A stretch of DNA of 64,000 nucleotides. Source: Candidatus Lloydbacteria bacterium RIFCSPHIGHO2_02_FULL_50_18. Lineage in GTDB: Bacteria; Patescibacteriota; Minisyncoccia; Phycocordibacterales; UBA6899. A program made the position numbers and the translations under genes. The stretch lies in contig MHLM01000004.1 in assembly GCA_001821395.1 (NCBI GenBank), forward strand, positions 64,001 through 128,000. The letters are read 5' to 3'. Shown here one piece after another: positions 45,938 through 55,832 of this stretch. How positions within the stretch are numbered: position 1 is the first letter of the stretch; the number at the start of each line of letters is the position of its first letter. The notes under the pieces are model-generated. The model saw only the letters and a list, made by a program, of their open reading frames with translations. It was not told where the DNA came from and made no database searches.

Positions 45938-48900
45938 ATGAATTATTTTTATTCCCTGATCTTTGCTGTTCTATTCGTCATCACACCCCTTGTTTCCTCC
46001 GCGTACGACGGAGCATTTCTTGTCCCGAGTTGGACAAATCCGCTTCCAACGGCAGTGTACGCATTTAGTACTAGCGTTATCGTCACGGGGAGTTGGCAAT
46101 TGCCGGCGGATTGGATCGGAAAAATTTATGTGTATCAGGATGCATTATTGGGTCCGGATGATTCACTGCTTACGCAGGGGACGCAAATGACCGACGTGGG
46201 CGGAAATAACGGTTATACAATAGATAATACGGGAGGGGCCACAACGAAGACCGGCACTTTCAGTTTTGATGTCGGAGCACAGCTGCCCGGTCTGCACAAC
46301 ATCCATCTCGAATTTTGGGGGGGTGAAGTCTGTGCTATCAATAAGGCGCTGAACGATTTGAACGGTACAAATTTCATTCCGTCATGTCCGATCACTGCGG
46401 ACAATGCGGCTTTTAATATTGTTTGGCCAGCTCGAAAATATACGGTTGGTAACCCCTTATTTCCAAGTATGACGGTTACTCCGAGTAGTGATCCCGCACT
46501 CAATTTTCTTAATGTCGAATTTGGTTCACCGCAGACCCTCACCTTTACTATTGGAAACACGGGGGGACAAACGCTCTCTGGGTCTATCTCAGGGATCACA
46601 AGTCCTTTTTCCTGTTCTCCATCGTGTAATTATGCCGTGAACCCTAATACGTCGCAGAATATCACTATTCAATACGTGCCACCTCCGGCACCGGATTCAT
46701 CCGATCAAACATTCGTCTTTAGTTGTGTCGGAGCATCCTTGGGGTGCGCGAAGGTTTCTGCCTCACTGCCCGTCGTCATTGTCGCTCAACCATCTGAATC
46801 GAGACACGTTATCGCAAATTCCGTCACGAATAGCGTTTCGCCAAACATTATTGTGACCCCTGCTTTGGTGAATTACGGTAGCCTCAACCTCGGCGTCCCG
46901 GTTGCTGACCGGCCATTTGTCGTGAAGAATACGGGCGGAGGATATCTCAATGGTGTGGTGTCCTTTAGCACACCTGAATATTCTTGCACCGGTCCATGTA
47001 GTTATAGCGTTTCGGCTGGCGGGCAAACGACCATTTGGGTTCATTATATTCCGTCCGTTGCCGGTACGTTCAATGATACTGCCACTTTTGGCGGTGGTCT
47101 GGGGCAGGTAGTAGCACTGAGTTCGGTGGTCAATGATAAACCGATTATTTTGGTCGGAACTACTCTTATAGATTTTTATGCAATTAACGGCAATAAACCG
47201 GTCAATGTCGGTTCTTGCAAGTCATATTCCTCGTGGGTGAAAAATATTGGCGCGAGTACACTCTCAGGGTCCGTCACGAATGTACCGCTCGCGACGCCAC
47301 CGATGAGTGATCCAACTGTTAATCCTCTTTTTACGTGCACGGCGGGGTGTACCTATAATAATTTGACGAACGGTCAATGGCAATGGTTCACGATCCAGTA
47401 TTGCCCTACCATTAATGGAACGGAAGCGGGGACAGCGATACTCACAAATGCATTGAACGCACCAAATACTGCAACAATTAATCTCACAGGCAGAGGGAAC
47501 ACACAGCCAATAGGAACACTTAGTTCGTCGCTCATTTTTGGAAATGTGCTCATCAATACCACTAAACAAATCACGTTTACTATCATGAATACCGGCGTTG
47601 GTGTGTTGAGCGGGTCCGTTGGTGCTTTGCCGGTTCAATTTGCTTGTGATTTGGGTTGCACCTACAATATTCCCGCCGGGGGAAGCGCATCCGTAACGCT
47701 TTCATTTAATCCGCTCCTCGTTCAATCCTATGGGGGGACCGTTAATTTTTCGGGGATTGGAGATTTTTCAGTGAGTGGGTCCGGAGTACAACCCATCTTT
47801 CAGGCGAGCTGGGATAATTGGCCTTATTACCATTCAAATAAGTGCCCCGGAGCAACATGTCTCGATCCGGAGATCAAGGATTATGACATTGGGGCAACTA
47901 CATTCACCGGGAATCTGAATTTAGCTGTTCAGTATAAAAACTTTTATCTTTATGCAATGAATAAGGGTACCGGGGCAAATATTACCTATTCATTTCCGAA
48001 TACGGCGCATTTTAAATGTATCGCCGTATATTACACCGGTACGGTTGGTGCCGGTGGTTGCAGTGGTACGCTGTTACCGTTCTTGTCAGCAAGTTATCAG
48101 TACCTATTCCGCCCAACCTATCAGTTCCAACCGGATGCGGCAGGGGACTTCAGCGAACCGCTTACGATTACCTATGATTACGGATTTGGACCGCAGACAA
48201 AGACCGTGAACCTCGTCGGACATTCCATCAGCGCCCCATTCCTTGATGTTTCTCCGACTGGGATACGCACGATCGTTCCGAATACGCCCGTGGGAACAAA
48301 CCCCTCACCGAAGGCAGTCTACACCGTGACAAATCTCGGAGTCGGTCCAATGGATTATAGTGTAACGGGGATCCCCGTTGGAAGTCCTTTTTCCTGCATC
48401 ACGAATTGTAGTATGGTCGGTCTAATGCCGAACACCCCTGTTACTGTTGAGTTTGAGTTCACTCCGACAGATGCCCTGACGACCATTATCTCACCGTGGT
48501 TCAACTCCACCGGCGGAAATCTGCAAAGAACCATCAAGGGAACGGGAAGCGTCAGTCCGGTTACTGGCTTGGTTCCACCTTCAATTTTTTATCCTGATAC
48601 AAACATGGGGCAGTTCACCAATCGCACGGTCAGAGTCACAAACTCCGGACTCGGAACACTCTCCGGCGTTGTTACTCCCGTTGCCCCATCAGGTCTCGAT
48701 TTTTTCTGTATCACGAATTGCGGCTATTCACTCACTGCGGGTCAAAGCACCGATAGTGTGAGCGATCCCGTTATCCAGTTTCGTCCGATGCAAACGGGTC
48801 CGTTGAATGCAACGATAGATTTTTCCGGAGGATCAAACGGTGTTCAGTCGGTCTCGGTATTTGGCACTGCTATCTTTGCGCCCATCATTGACATTCGCGG

Positions 48901-49222
48901 AGCAGACACAAATTTTGGCACGGTCGTGATCACCAAGTATAAAGATCGCGTTTTCACGGTAAAAAATTCAGGAACCTCAGATCTCGGAAGTGGAACATTC
49001 TCTGTCACGGGTCCTTTTTCCTGCGTCGACCCCGTCGACCCAATCGATGGTCTTTGTCACTATTCCCTAAATGGAGGCACGGAGGTGACTATCACCATTC
49101 GGTTTAGCCCTATGACGGTCGGTCCGGCGAGTGGCGCCGTATCCCTTTCGGGAGTACCGATCGCTCGATTTTTCGTGAATGGTCAAGGTGGTCAACCTGT
49201 GTTCATTTTCAGAGAGATCTGA
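45938..49222 (+). CDS. Giant secreted protein (1094 aa) of about 8 tandem Ig-like repeats (choice-of-anchor-D/ASH-like)
   Basis: Signal peptide. A recurring unit of about 100 aa: V.N.G...L.G.V....F.C...C.Y.L..G.S..V...F.P...G. Confidence 0.7.
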   Translation: MNYFYSLIFAVLFVITPLVSSAYDGAFLVPSWTNPLPTAVYAFSTSVIVTGSWQLPADWIGKIYVYQDALLGPDDSLLTQGTQMTDVGGNNGYTIDNTGGATTKTGTFSFDVGAQLPGLHNIHLEFWGGEVCAINKALNDLNGTNFIPSCPITADNAAFNIVWPARKYTVGNPLFPSMTVTPSSDPALNFLNVEFGSPQTLTFTIGNTGGQTLSGSISGITSPFSCSPSCNYAVNPNTSQNITIQYVPPPAPDSSDQTFVFSCVGASLGCAKVSASLPVVIVAQPSESRHVIANSVTNSVSPNIIVTPALVNYGSLNLGVPVADRPFVVKNTGGGYLNGVVSFSTPEYSCTGPCSYSVSAGGQTTIWVHYIPSVAGTFNDTATFGGGLGQVVALSSVVNDKPIILVGTTLIDFYAINGNKPVNVGSCKSYSSWVKNIGASTLSGSVTNVPLATPPMSDPTVNPLFTCTAGCTYNNLTNGQWQWFTIQYCPTINGTEAGTAILTNALNAPNTATINLTGRGNTQPIGTLSSSLIFGNVLINTTKQITFTIMNTGVGVLSGSVGALPVQFACDLGCTYNIPAGGSASVTLSFNPLLVQSYGGTVNFSGIGDFSVSGSGVQPIFQASWDNWPYYHSNKCPGATCLDPEIKDYDIGATTFTGNLNLAVQYKNFYLYAMNKGTGANITYSFPNTAHFKCIAVYYTGTVGAGGCSGTLLPFLSASYQYLFRPTYQFQPDAAGDFSEPLTITYDYGFGPQTKTVNLVGHSISAPFLDVSPTGIRTIVPNTPVGTNPSPKAVYTVTNLGVGPMDYSVTGIPVGSPFSCITNCSMVGLMPNTPVTVEFEFTPTDALTTIISPWFNSTGGNLQRTIKGTGSVSPVTGLVPPSIFYPDTNMGQFTNRTVRVTNSGLGTLSGVVTPVAPSGLDFFCITNCGYSLTAGQSTDSVSDPVIQFRPMQTGPLNATIDFSGGSNGVQSVSVFGTAIFAPIIDIRGADTNFGTVVITKYKDRVFTVKNSGTSDLGSGTFSVTGPFSCVDPVDPIDGLCHYSLNGGTEVTITIRFSPMTVGPASGAVSLSGVPIARFFVNGQGGQPVFIFREI

Positions 49223-49329
49223 TCCTCGGACTGAGCATCGCTTATTTCAGCGCAAGAAGCAGTCTGACGATCGAATTATGGGGATAACTTTCTTGCATCA
49301 CTTTTTGGTAAGAGTATAGTTAGTGAGTT

Positions 49330-49360
49330 GGAGGGCCTAGCGCCCTCCTTTTGTTTTTTC
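49330..49360 (+). terminator. Rho-independent terminator
   Basis: GGAGGGC-ctagc-GCCCTCC followed by TTTTGTTTTTT. Confidence 0.65.
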
Positions 49361-49708
49361 AAAAAACTCACAGAGCTCTTTGAAAGAACGTGCGATTATT
49401 GGTTAGCATCAGTATTATGTACAAAGCGCTTGCGAATGACTTAGGTGCAGTCGCGATGGTTGTTTCAACCTCAGCGACCATCTTTATGTGGAGTGTGGTT
49501 TCGACCGCCTACCCATTGCTTGGCTAGTAGAAAGAGATGTCTATCCAAATATGGCGCATCATGAATGGTGCGCCTTTTTGTTTGCCGCCGCGCAAAAGTG
49601 TACTGCGTTTCCTTTTGTGAAGACCGTGTGCATGCAGTATTTATCAACAAGAGGCAATTTCCCGTCCGTGTTATACTGTCGACGCAATAGCTTCGCCTAT
49701 CAACAAAC

Positions 49709-50878
49709 ATGGATTACAACAAACGTTCGCTCGCACAGCATAAAAAATATCAGGGAAAGATCGAAGTCCGTTCTTTGGTCTCGATCAAGAATAAAGACGA
49801 CCTCTCTCTTGCGTATACTCCCGGTGTGGCGGCGGTTTGTCTTGCTATCGCGAAAGATAAACGCATCGCGCGTACGCACACCCTGAAGGGCCGCACCGTA
49901 GCGGTGGTCTCCGACGGCTCTGCGATACTCGGTCTCGGGAATTTGGGGGCCCTTGCCGCACTGCCGGTCATGGAAGGGAAGGCCGCGCTATTCAAGACCT
50001 TTGCAGATGTTGATGCATTCCCGATCGTGCTCGACACGCAGGACACCGAGGAAATCATCGCGACAGTGAAGGCGATCGCCCCGACTTTTGGGGGTATCAA
50101 TCTTGAGGATATTGCTGCGCCGCGCTGCTTTGAGATCGAAGAGCGTTTGAAACAAGCGCTCGATATTCCCGTTTTCCATGATGACCAGCATGGTACTGCT
50201 ATCGTGGTTGCTGCCGCATTTCTGAACGCGCTGCGTGTAGTAAAGAAGGACATTCGTCGTGTCCGCATCGTCATAAATGGTGCCGGTGCCGCCGCGGTCG
50301 CCGTCTATCGCATGCTCGTACGGGCGGGAGTGATGCGCGGAAACATCATCATGCTTGATAGCAAGGGGATACTCCATGCCGATCGAGGCGGTATTCGCGG
50401 TTACAAACAAGCGATCGCACACGAGACAAATCGTGAGGGACGTCGTGGAGGGCTGGACGTGGCGATCGAAGGGGTCGATGTTTTTATCGGCGTATCCGCT
50501 CCCAATGTACTGACTTCTGCAATGGTTGAGACCATGGCGGATGTCCCCGTCGTTTTTGCCATGGCAAATCCTGATCCGGAGATTGCTTTTGAAGTTGCAC
50601 AGAAGACCAAGATCGCGGTATTGGGCACCGGACGTTCCGACCATCCGAATCAGATCAATAATGTCCTTATCTTTCCGGGTATTTTTCGCGGTGCGCTTGA
50701 TGTTGGTGCTCGGGAGATCACCGAAGATATGAAGCTTGCCGCGGCACTTGCGATCGCCAAGTTGGTCACCAAGAGTGAGCTTTCTGCAACATATATCATC
50801 CCAAAGCCGTTTGATAAACGTGTCGTGCTTGCGGTCGCAAATGCGGTCAAAAAGGCCTGGCGAGACGGAGGGCGCTGA
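49709..50878 (+). CDS. NAD(P)-dependent malic enzyme (short bacterial form)
   Basis: LAYTPGVA, DLENISAP-like GGINLEDIAAP and GAGAAA dinucleotide fold. Confidence 0.85.
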   Translation: MDYNKRSLAQHKKYQGKIEVRSLVSIKNKDDLSLAYTPGVAAVCLAIAKDKRIARTHTLKGRTVAVVSDGSAILGLGNLGALAALPVMEGKAALFKTFADVDAFPIVLDTQDTEEIIATVKAIAPTFGGINLEDIAAPRCFEIEERLKQALDIPVFHDDQHGTAIVVAAAFLNALRVVKKDIRRVRIVINGAGAAAVAVYRMLVRAGVMRGNIIMLDSKGILHADRGGIRGYKQAIAHETNREGRRGGLDVAIEGVDVFIGVSAPNVLTSAMVETMADVPVVFAMANPDPEIAFEVAQKTKIAVLGTGRSDHPNQINNVLIFPGIFRGALDVGAREITEDMKLAAALAIAKLVTKSELSATYIIPKPFDKRVVLAVANAVKKAWRDGGR

Positions 50879-51133
50879 TCGCCCCGCTTCCTTCCGTTGT
50901 GTTATAATGCGCATATGCAGAATGAGGAATGGCAAAAAGTTGCACGACTTGCAGGGTATGTTTACATTCCGCTCGGCCTCTTCATTCTTTTTGTCTATCT
51001 CCTTATTCAGTATCAGTCGCTGAAGATCGAACGGGCAACAATCAAGAATGTGCAGGAAACCATTGCGACAACGACGGAGTACCATATCGCTCCTGAAAAT
51101 TAAACTATTTACCCGATACATCATACAACGATC

Positions 51134-51871
51134 ATGGTCATACTTATCGCATTGGCAACATTTGTTTCAAAGTTTCTTGGTGGATTGTTCGCACTCCATT
51201 TTAAGGACAAGCTGCATCTCGTGCTCGGATTCAGCGCCGGAGCGGTCATCGGCGTTGCGTTCTTTGACCTCATGCCCGAGGCAGTAGAACTTGGAGGGGC
51301 ATTCTACGAACCTTCCACGATCTTGCAATTTACCGCGATTGGTTTTTTGTGCTATTTGATACTCGATCGTCTCGTCTTTTATCGTACACATCAGGGCGGG
51401 CATGAGGAATCAGACAATGTCCACGAAGCCCATGCAAGCCGCGGAATATTGGGGGCCAGCAGCTTCACGCTCCATAGTTTTTTGGACGGCATCATCATGG
51501 GTCTCGCATTCCAGGTGTCGCCATCGGTGGGATTTATTGTTGCCATTGCGATCTTCGTTCACGGTTTTTCTGACGGCATCAACACCATCAATATGGTGTT
51601 GAAGAATGCGGGGGGTGCGCGTTTTGCGTTCAAATGGCTCCTTGCGGTCGCGCTTGCTCCGGTCCTCGGTGCTTTCTGCACGTTTTTCTTCACGCTCCCA
51701 GGTGAAGTCCTCGCACTCATGCTGGCAAGCTTTTCCGGATTCTTCCTTTATATCGGTGCGACAGACCTCATTCCTGAGAGTCATCATGCGCACCCCAAGT
51801 TCATCACGACGGCGATGACAATCGTAGGTGTGGTTGTTATCTACGGTACGGTGTGGCTCACGAGGGGATAA
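51134..51871 (+). CDS. ZIP family metal transporter (ZupT-like)
   Basis: TM His motifs HSFLDGIIMG and HGFSDG. Confidence 0.8.
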   Translation: MVILIALATFVSKFLGGLFALHFKDKLHLVLGFSAGAVIGVAFFDLMPEAVELGGAFYEPSTILQFTAIGFLCYLILDRLVFYRTHQGGHEESDNVHEAHASRGILGASSFTLHSFLDGIIMGLAFQVSPSVGFIVAIAIFVHGFSDGINTINMVLKNAGGARFAFKWLLAVALAPVLGAFCTFFFTLPGEVLALMLASFSGFFLYIGATDLIPESHHAHPKFITTAMTIVGVVVIYGTVWLTRG

Positions 51872-51939
51872 TATCCTTATATCGTCGCTGCTCAGTACCG
51901 CTCGCTGTGTTTTTTTATTACGTTAGCTATAATGGTTAC

Positions 51940-52810
51940 ATGGAAATACCATCACCTGTCAATTTAGATAGTACCCAAACACCGATACAAGAAAAATGTC
52001 CGGAGAGAAAATGTTCTCTTTATGTGGGTATGTTCAGCGCCTCGTTCGTTAAAACATTCGGTGTGGGGATCGGACTAGCTGCACTTCTCCTTATTGTCGG
52101 GATGGTCTCTGACATGTCGGAGAAGAGTTCATGCAACGTTTCCGTCCGTGCGCTTCATGGTGAGCTTACTACATACCAGCTTGGCAGCGGCGATGAGACT
52201 GACTCACAGTCTCTCGTAAGCGAACTCGCTCGTGACGACGCGGATGACAGTATCAAGGGCATCATTTTGGATATTGATTCTCCCGGTGGATATCCGGTCG
52301 CAGGTGAAGAGGTTGCAAGCACCCTTTCGCGTCTTGTAAAACCGAATGTGGCCGTTATCAGGAGTATGGGGGCGTCAGCTGCGTACTGGGCAGCAACAGG
52401 AGCCGATCAGATATATGCATCAAAGAGTTCCGACGTGGGCAGTATCGGAGTCATTGTGACAGTCAGAAAAGAACAAAATGGAAGGCGTTGCATATAATGA
52501 GTTCACCACTGGGACATTCAAAAATCTCGGTACTCCGACGCGACCCGTGACAAAGGACGAAAAGGCCTTACTTGAGCGGGATATCAACGAGGTATTCGAG
52601 AATTTCATCACGGCAGTCTCTTTGGGGCGGCAGATGACGATCGAGCGGGTGCGCTCGCTCGCTGACGGTTCATCGATGACGGGAATTCGCGCAAAACAAG
52701 AGGGGCTGATCGATGCGATCGGTGGCATCGAAGAAGCGAGAATATACATTGAAAATAAGATCGGCGTCCCTGCCGTGCTCTGTGAGTTCGATACTGAGTC
52801 TTTCTTTTAA
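51940..52810 (+). pseudogene. sppA: Signal peptide peptidase SppA (S49), interrupted by a frameshift near 52457..52478
   Basis: ORF 51853..52497 (frame 1) carries IILDIDSPGG...GSIGVI. ORF 52460..52810 (frame 2) carries the S49 C-terminal region. The two overlap by about 40 nt. Confidence 0.6.
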
Positions 52811-52873
52811 ATCTGCGCAAGCGTGTCAGCATCGCCACTTCTTCGGCTTTGTGGCAAGCGCCATGTCTCCGGT

Positions 52874-53803
52874 CTAAGTGATCGTGATGTGAATGGCGCG
52901 TTTTGATTTTGCAAAAAAGTAACCGATGACGACGAAAGTGATGATCGGAGAAACATATTGAGGAACAGCAATGTGGAATCCGTCGGCGATCATCACGAGT
53001 CCAAGGAATAACAGGGAATACATCGCGCCATGCTTGAGGAAGATATATTTTTTGATGTTTTCGATATTCGCGATGGTGATCCATCGGACAACAAGTGCTC
53101 CGATGCCGTTTCCGATCAAAATGAGCGGCACTGAAAGTGTGAACGCGAACGCACCGAGGACGCCGTCGACGGAAAACGCAGAATCGATGAGTTGGAGATA
53201 GACGATCTTTGACATATCGCTGCGATTGTCGTTTTTGAGAGACCGCTCTGCACGTTCCGCATTTTCCTTGAAGCCGTTCACGATAAAGAATGCCGAGGAG
53301 CCGACAACGGCACCGAAGGCAAGAAAGGGGTTTTCATTCACGGAGTACCACACGATCGTTGCAAGAATGATAGAAATGGTCGCGTAGAACCATAGTCCGT
53401 TCTCGAGAAAGAATCGCTCGATGTGAAGGCCGAACTCCTTGGTTTCAAGGAATAGCCAGTGCAGAAATAGAAAGAGTAAAAAAACACCGGCGCCCATAAG
53501 GAGGATGGGTGAAGAACGCTCAACAGCCTCTGCGACTGAGTTGTCGGAAGAGAATGTCGCAGTAAATGCACCCCAGAGCGATAGTCCCGGAATTGCGACC
53601 CATACGATAAAAAGAGGAAGAAGGCCGCGCACGAGAAAGACCGAATAGAACATTCCCCACGTGAGAAACCACTTCTTTGCCTTTGGTCCTACGGTGCCCA
53701 GCACTTCCGCATTGATGACCGCATTGTCGACGGAATTGATCGATTCGAAAACAACCAGTCCGGCAATGATAAGCAGTGCATTAAAGATTTCCATGATCGG
53801 CAT
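52874..53803 (-). CDS. TerC/DUF475-family integral membrane protein
   Basis: Repeated SVDNAV/SVDGVLG motifs within TM helices. Confidence 0.5.
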   Translation of the reverse strand: MPIMEIFNALLIIAGLVVFESINSVDNAVINAEVLGTVGPKAKKWFLTWGMFYSVFLVRGLLPLFIVWVAIPGLSLWGAFTATFSSDNSVAEAVERSSPILLMGAGVFLLFLFLHWLFLETKEFGLHIERFFLENGLWFYATISIILATIVWYSVNENPFLAFGAVVGSSAFFIVNGFKENAERAERSLKNDNRSDMSKIVYLQLIDSAFSVDGVLGAFAFTLSVPLILIGNGIGALVVRWITIANIENIKKYIFLKHGAMYSLLFLGLVMIADGFHIAVPQYVSPIITFVVIGYFFAKSKRAIHITIT

Positions 53804-53882
53804 TATACCTCATCGTCGGCTCCTCATACAAAGACACACGACGAATACAACTGGGGGTGAAGCAGAGTCATCCGGGTAATAA

Positions 53883-53903
53883 AAAACCCCCGATGAGGGG
53901 GTA
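53883..53903 (-). terminator. Terminator for the minus-strand gene 53934..55037
   Basis: CCCCC-gatga-GGGGG with a T-run on the minus strand. Confidence 0.55.
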
Positions 53904-53933
53904 CCGAATTAAAGAACAGTTATTTCCAAATGT

Positions 53934-55037
53934 TTACTTCTTCAAGGAGCCATAGTCGATAGTGCTTTGTCCCGTTGCGGTTTCACGGATGACCTTCGTC
54001 GCCCCGTAAGAACCGTTCGTCGGGCCGCGGCACATGTGCACCACGTTTCCTTTCGTATCTACGAATTCTTCAGTCTTGCATGGAACACGTTCCGTGATGA
54101 CCCGATCGGTCGGTATGGTGACGGTGAGTGCTAGGCGCGCTTTCATGAGTGCATCAGCAAGAGATTGCGCCTGTGCGACTGCGACAACTCGGGCTGCGGC
54201 AACTTGGTTCACCTGAGATTCCACCGGCAGTGTTGCCACCTTCGGTTGAATAGGGGGTATCACCATATCGATCGAGAAGGGTATCCCATTTGGATCCCGC
54301 TCGAGCACGATATATTGCTGCGACCACGTACCCGTCGGCATCGTTGTGCCGTTTTGGGACGACCAACTTGGGCCAACTCCAAGAAAGAGCGAGGTGATCT
54401 TGGCCAGGCTGGAAGATATCCCTCCAGCACTGCCTTCGCTCGTGACGCCGACATTGACGCCATAGCCGTGAGGCACCGGCACAATAACGACCTCCGTGAG
54501 CGTCGGACCTGACGCTGCCTCAAGTGCATCTCGTACCACCTGCATGCCTGCGCTCGGGATGAGCACTATTCCGTTCTTGCTTGAAAGTAGAACCGTACCG
54601 AGCCACTTTACCGTATCACTGAATCGGAAAGAGAACGTTGCGGAGAGGGCTTTTTGTCCCCCGAATGCGCTAGACTCTTTCTTGTGCCTTATGAACTGCG
54701 GACTCGGTGCGAATGTGACGGTGAAGTTGTTTCCCTCTGTCGTTTGCTGGGTCAGCTGACCTTTGCCGGTGATGACAATGTCACCGAACTGCGAAGTGAG
54801 CTCAAGCAATCTGCTGTAGAGTACGTACGGTGGTGGTTGCTGCTGATTCAAGAGTTGAGGAGGCAGCGAGCCGGGTAGTCCGGGAAATCCGATCGTCGGT
54901 GACGGCTGTGTCCCCATGATGATGGTTGAGCTGTTGCTTACCGCCCCTGCTTCGTTTGCGATATCCGTGGTGGTCGTGTTGTCGCCGGCGAACGCACTCC
55001 CGGAAAGTAAGAGGAGCAGTGTGACGAGTTTCTTCAT
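53934..55037 (-). CDS. Secreted hypothetical protein (about 367 aa)
   Basis: An AAGGAGAA ribosome-binding site and signal peptide MKKLVTLLLLLSGSAFA. Confidence 0.5.
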   Translation of the reverse strand: MKKLVTLLLLLSGSAFAGDNTTTTDIANEAGAVSNSSTIIMGTQPSPTIGFPGLPGSLPPQLLNQQQPPPYVLYSRLLELTSQFGDIVITGKGQLTQQTTEGNNFTVTFAPSPQFIRHKKESSAFGGQKALSATFSFRFSDTVKWLGTVLLSSKNGIVLIPSAGMQVVRDALEAASGPTLTEVVIVPVPHGYGVNVGVTSEGSAGGISSSLAKITSLFLGVGPSWSSQNGTTMPTGTWSQQYIVLERDPNGIPFSIDMVIPPIQPKVATLPVESQVNQVAAARVVAVAQAQSLADALMKARLALTVTIPTDRVITERVPCKTEEFVDTKGNVVHMCRGPTNGSYGATKVIRETATGQSTIDYGSLKK

Positions 55038-55041
55038 GAAT

Positions 55042-55067
55042 TCTCCTTGTTCCATGCATGAGTTTCC
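55042..55067. promoter_or_regulatory. Perfect 11-4-11 palindrome CCATGCATGAG-tttc-CTCATGCATGG immediately upstream of a ribosome-binding site; candidate operator
   Basis: Seen in sequence. Overlaps the -20 to -50 region of gene 53934..55037. Confidence 0.35.
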
Positions 55068-55121
55068 TCATGCATGGACATTGTTAGTGGAAGGCGTTTA
55101 CTTTTTTATGCGGCAACGATA

Positions 55122-55700
55122 TCAGTTCAGAATATCTTCATGCGTATGGTGGTGCCGAGTTCCAACGGTAGCGTTGTACTCCGCATTCAGGTTGTGATGT
55201 GAATTGCCGAGTGCACTTCCGCCGTCGATCGCGTCATAACCATGGGCCTGAGTGAAGTTCGTTGAACTTCCGTGGGGACCATCGAGATTACCATTGGTCC
55301 TCATGTCGCCCCAAGCTTCTGTTCTTTCTGCGGTGTCTGCGACTGAACGGCTCGTCATGCTTCCGAAGTTGTGGACGGAGGGAGCATTTGCGCTGCCTTC
55401 ACGCATCTCACCAAAGATGAGTTTTGTGGCGGACTGCGCATTAGTGCTTCCGTTTCCTTGCGCACCGGTATCCCCGTAGAAATTCGTCGTACCGTTCGGT
55501 GCAACGTGCGTTCCCTGCACGGTCGTCTGACCATAGGTCATGACGGTGTTGCCGGTGGCCGATGCGTGCGTTACGCCGCTCACGTCGACGGTCGATGTTG
55601 CACTCCCTTGATGGGAATTTCCGACAGAATGGTCGGAGGCCATTGCGGACAGTGCAACGGTGCAAAGGATCGCGATCGTGAGTTTGTTAAGTTTGTTCAT
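55122..55700 (-). CDS. Secreted Gly/Thr/Ser/Asn-rich hypothetical protein
   Basis: Signal peptide MNKLNKLTIAILCTVALSAMA. Low-complexity mature region. Confidence 0.45.
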   Translation of the reverse strand: MNKLNKLTIAILCTVALSAMASDHSVGNSHQGSATSTVDVSGVTHASATGNTVMTYGQTTVQGTHVAPNGTTNFYGDTGAQGNGSTNAQSATKLIFGEMREGSANAPSVHNFGSMTSRSVADTAERTEAWGDMRTNGNLDGPHGSSTNFTQAHGYDAIDGGSALGNSHHNLNAEYNATVGTRHHHTHEDILN

Positions 55701-55832
55701 GTAGCTCTTTCATTGAATGATGGGGATGGTTGAGTGGTGCGTGTGTTTATGCGATCTGGTAGGTCACATCCTTTCATTTTTGGGTTGAACAATTGAGCAT
55801 CTCGTTTGTACGCCATGCTTCGTTATATATGT

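Noticed and set aside
49750-51124. Minus-strand ORFs 49750..50274 and 49988..51124 (378 aa).
   Set aside because: They are antisense to the malic enzyme gene. The 378-aa product has no motifs and is Arg/Cys-rich.
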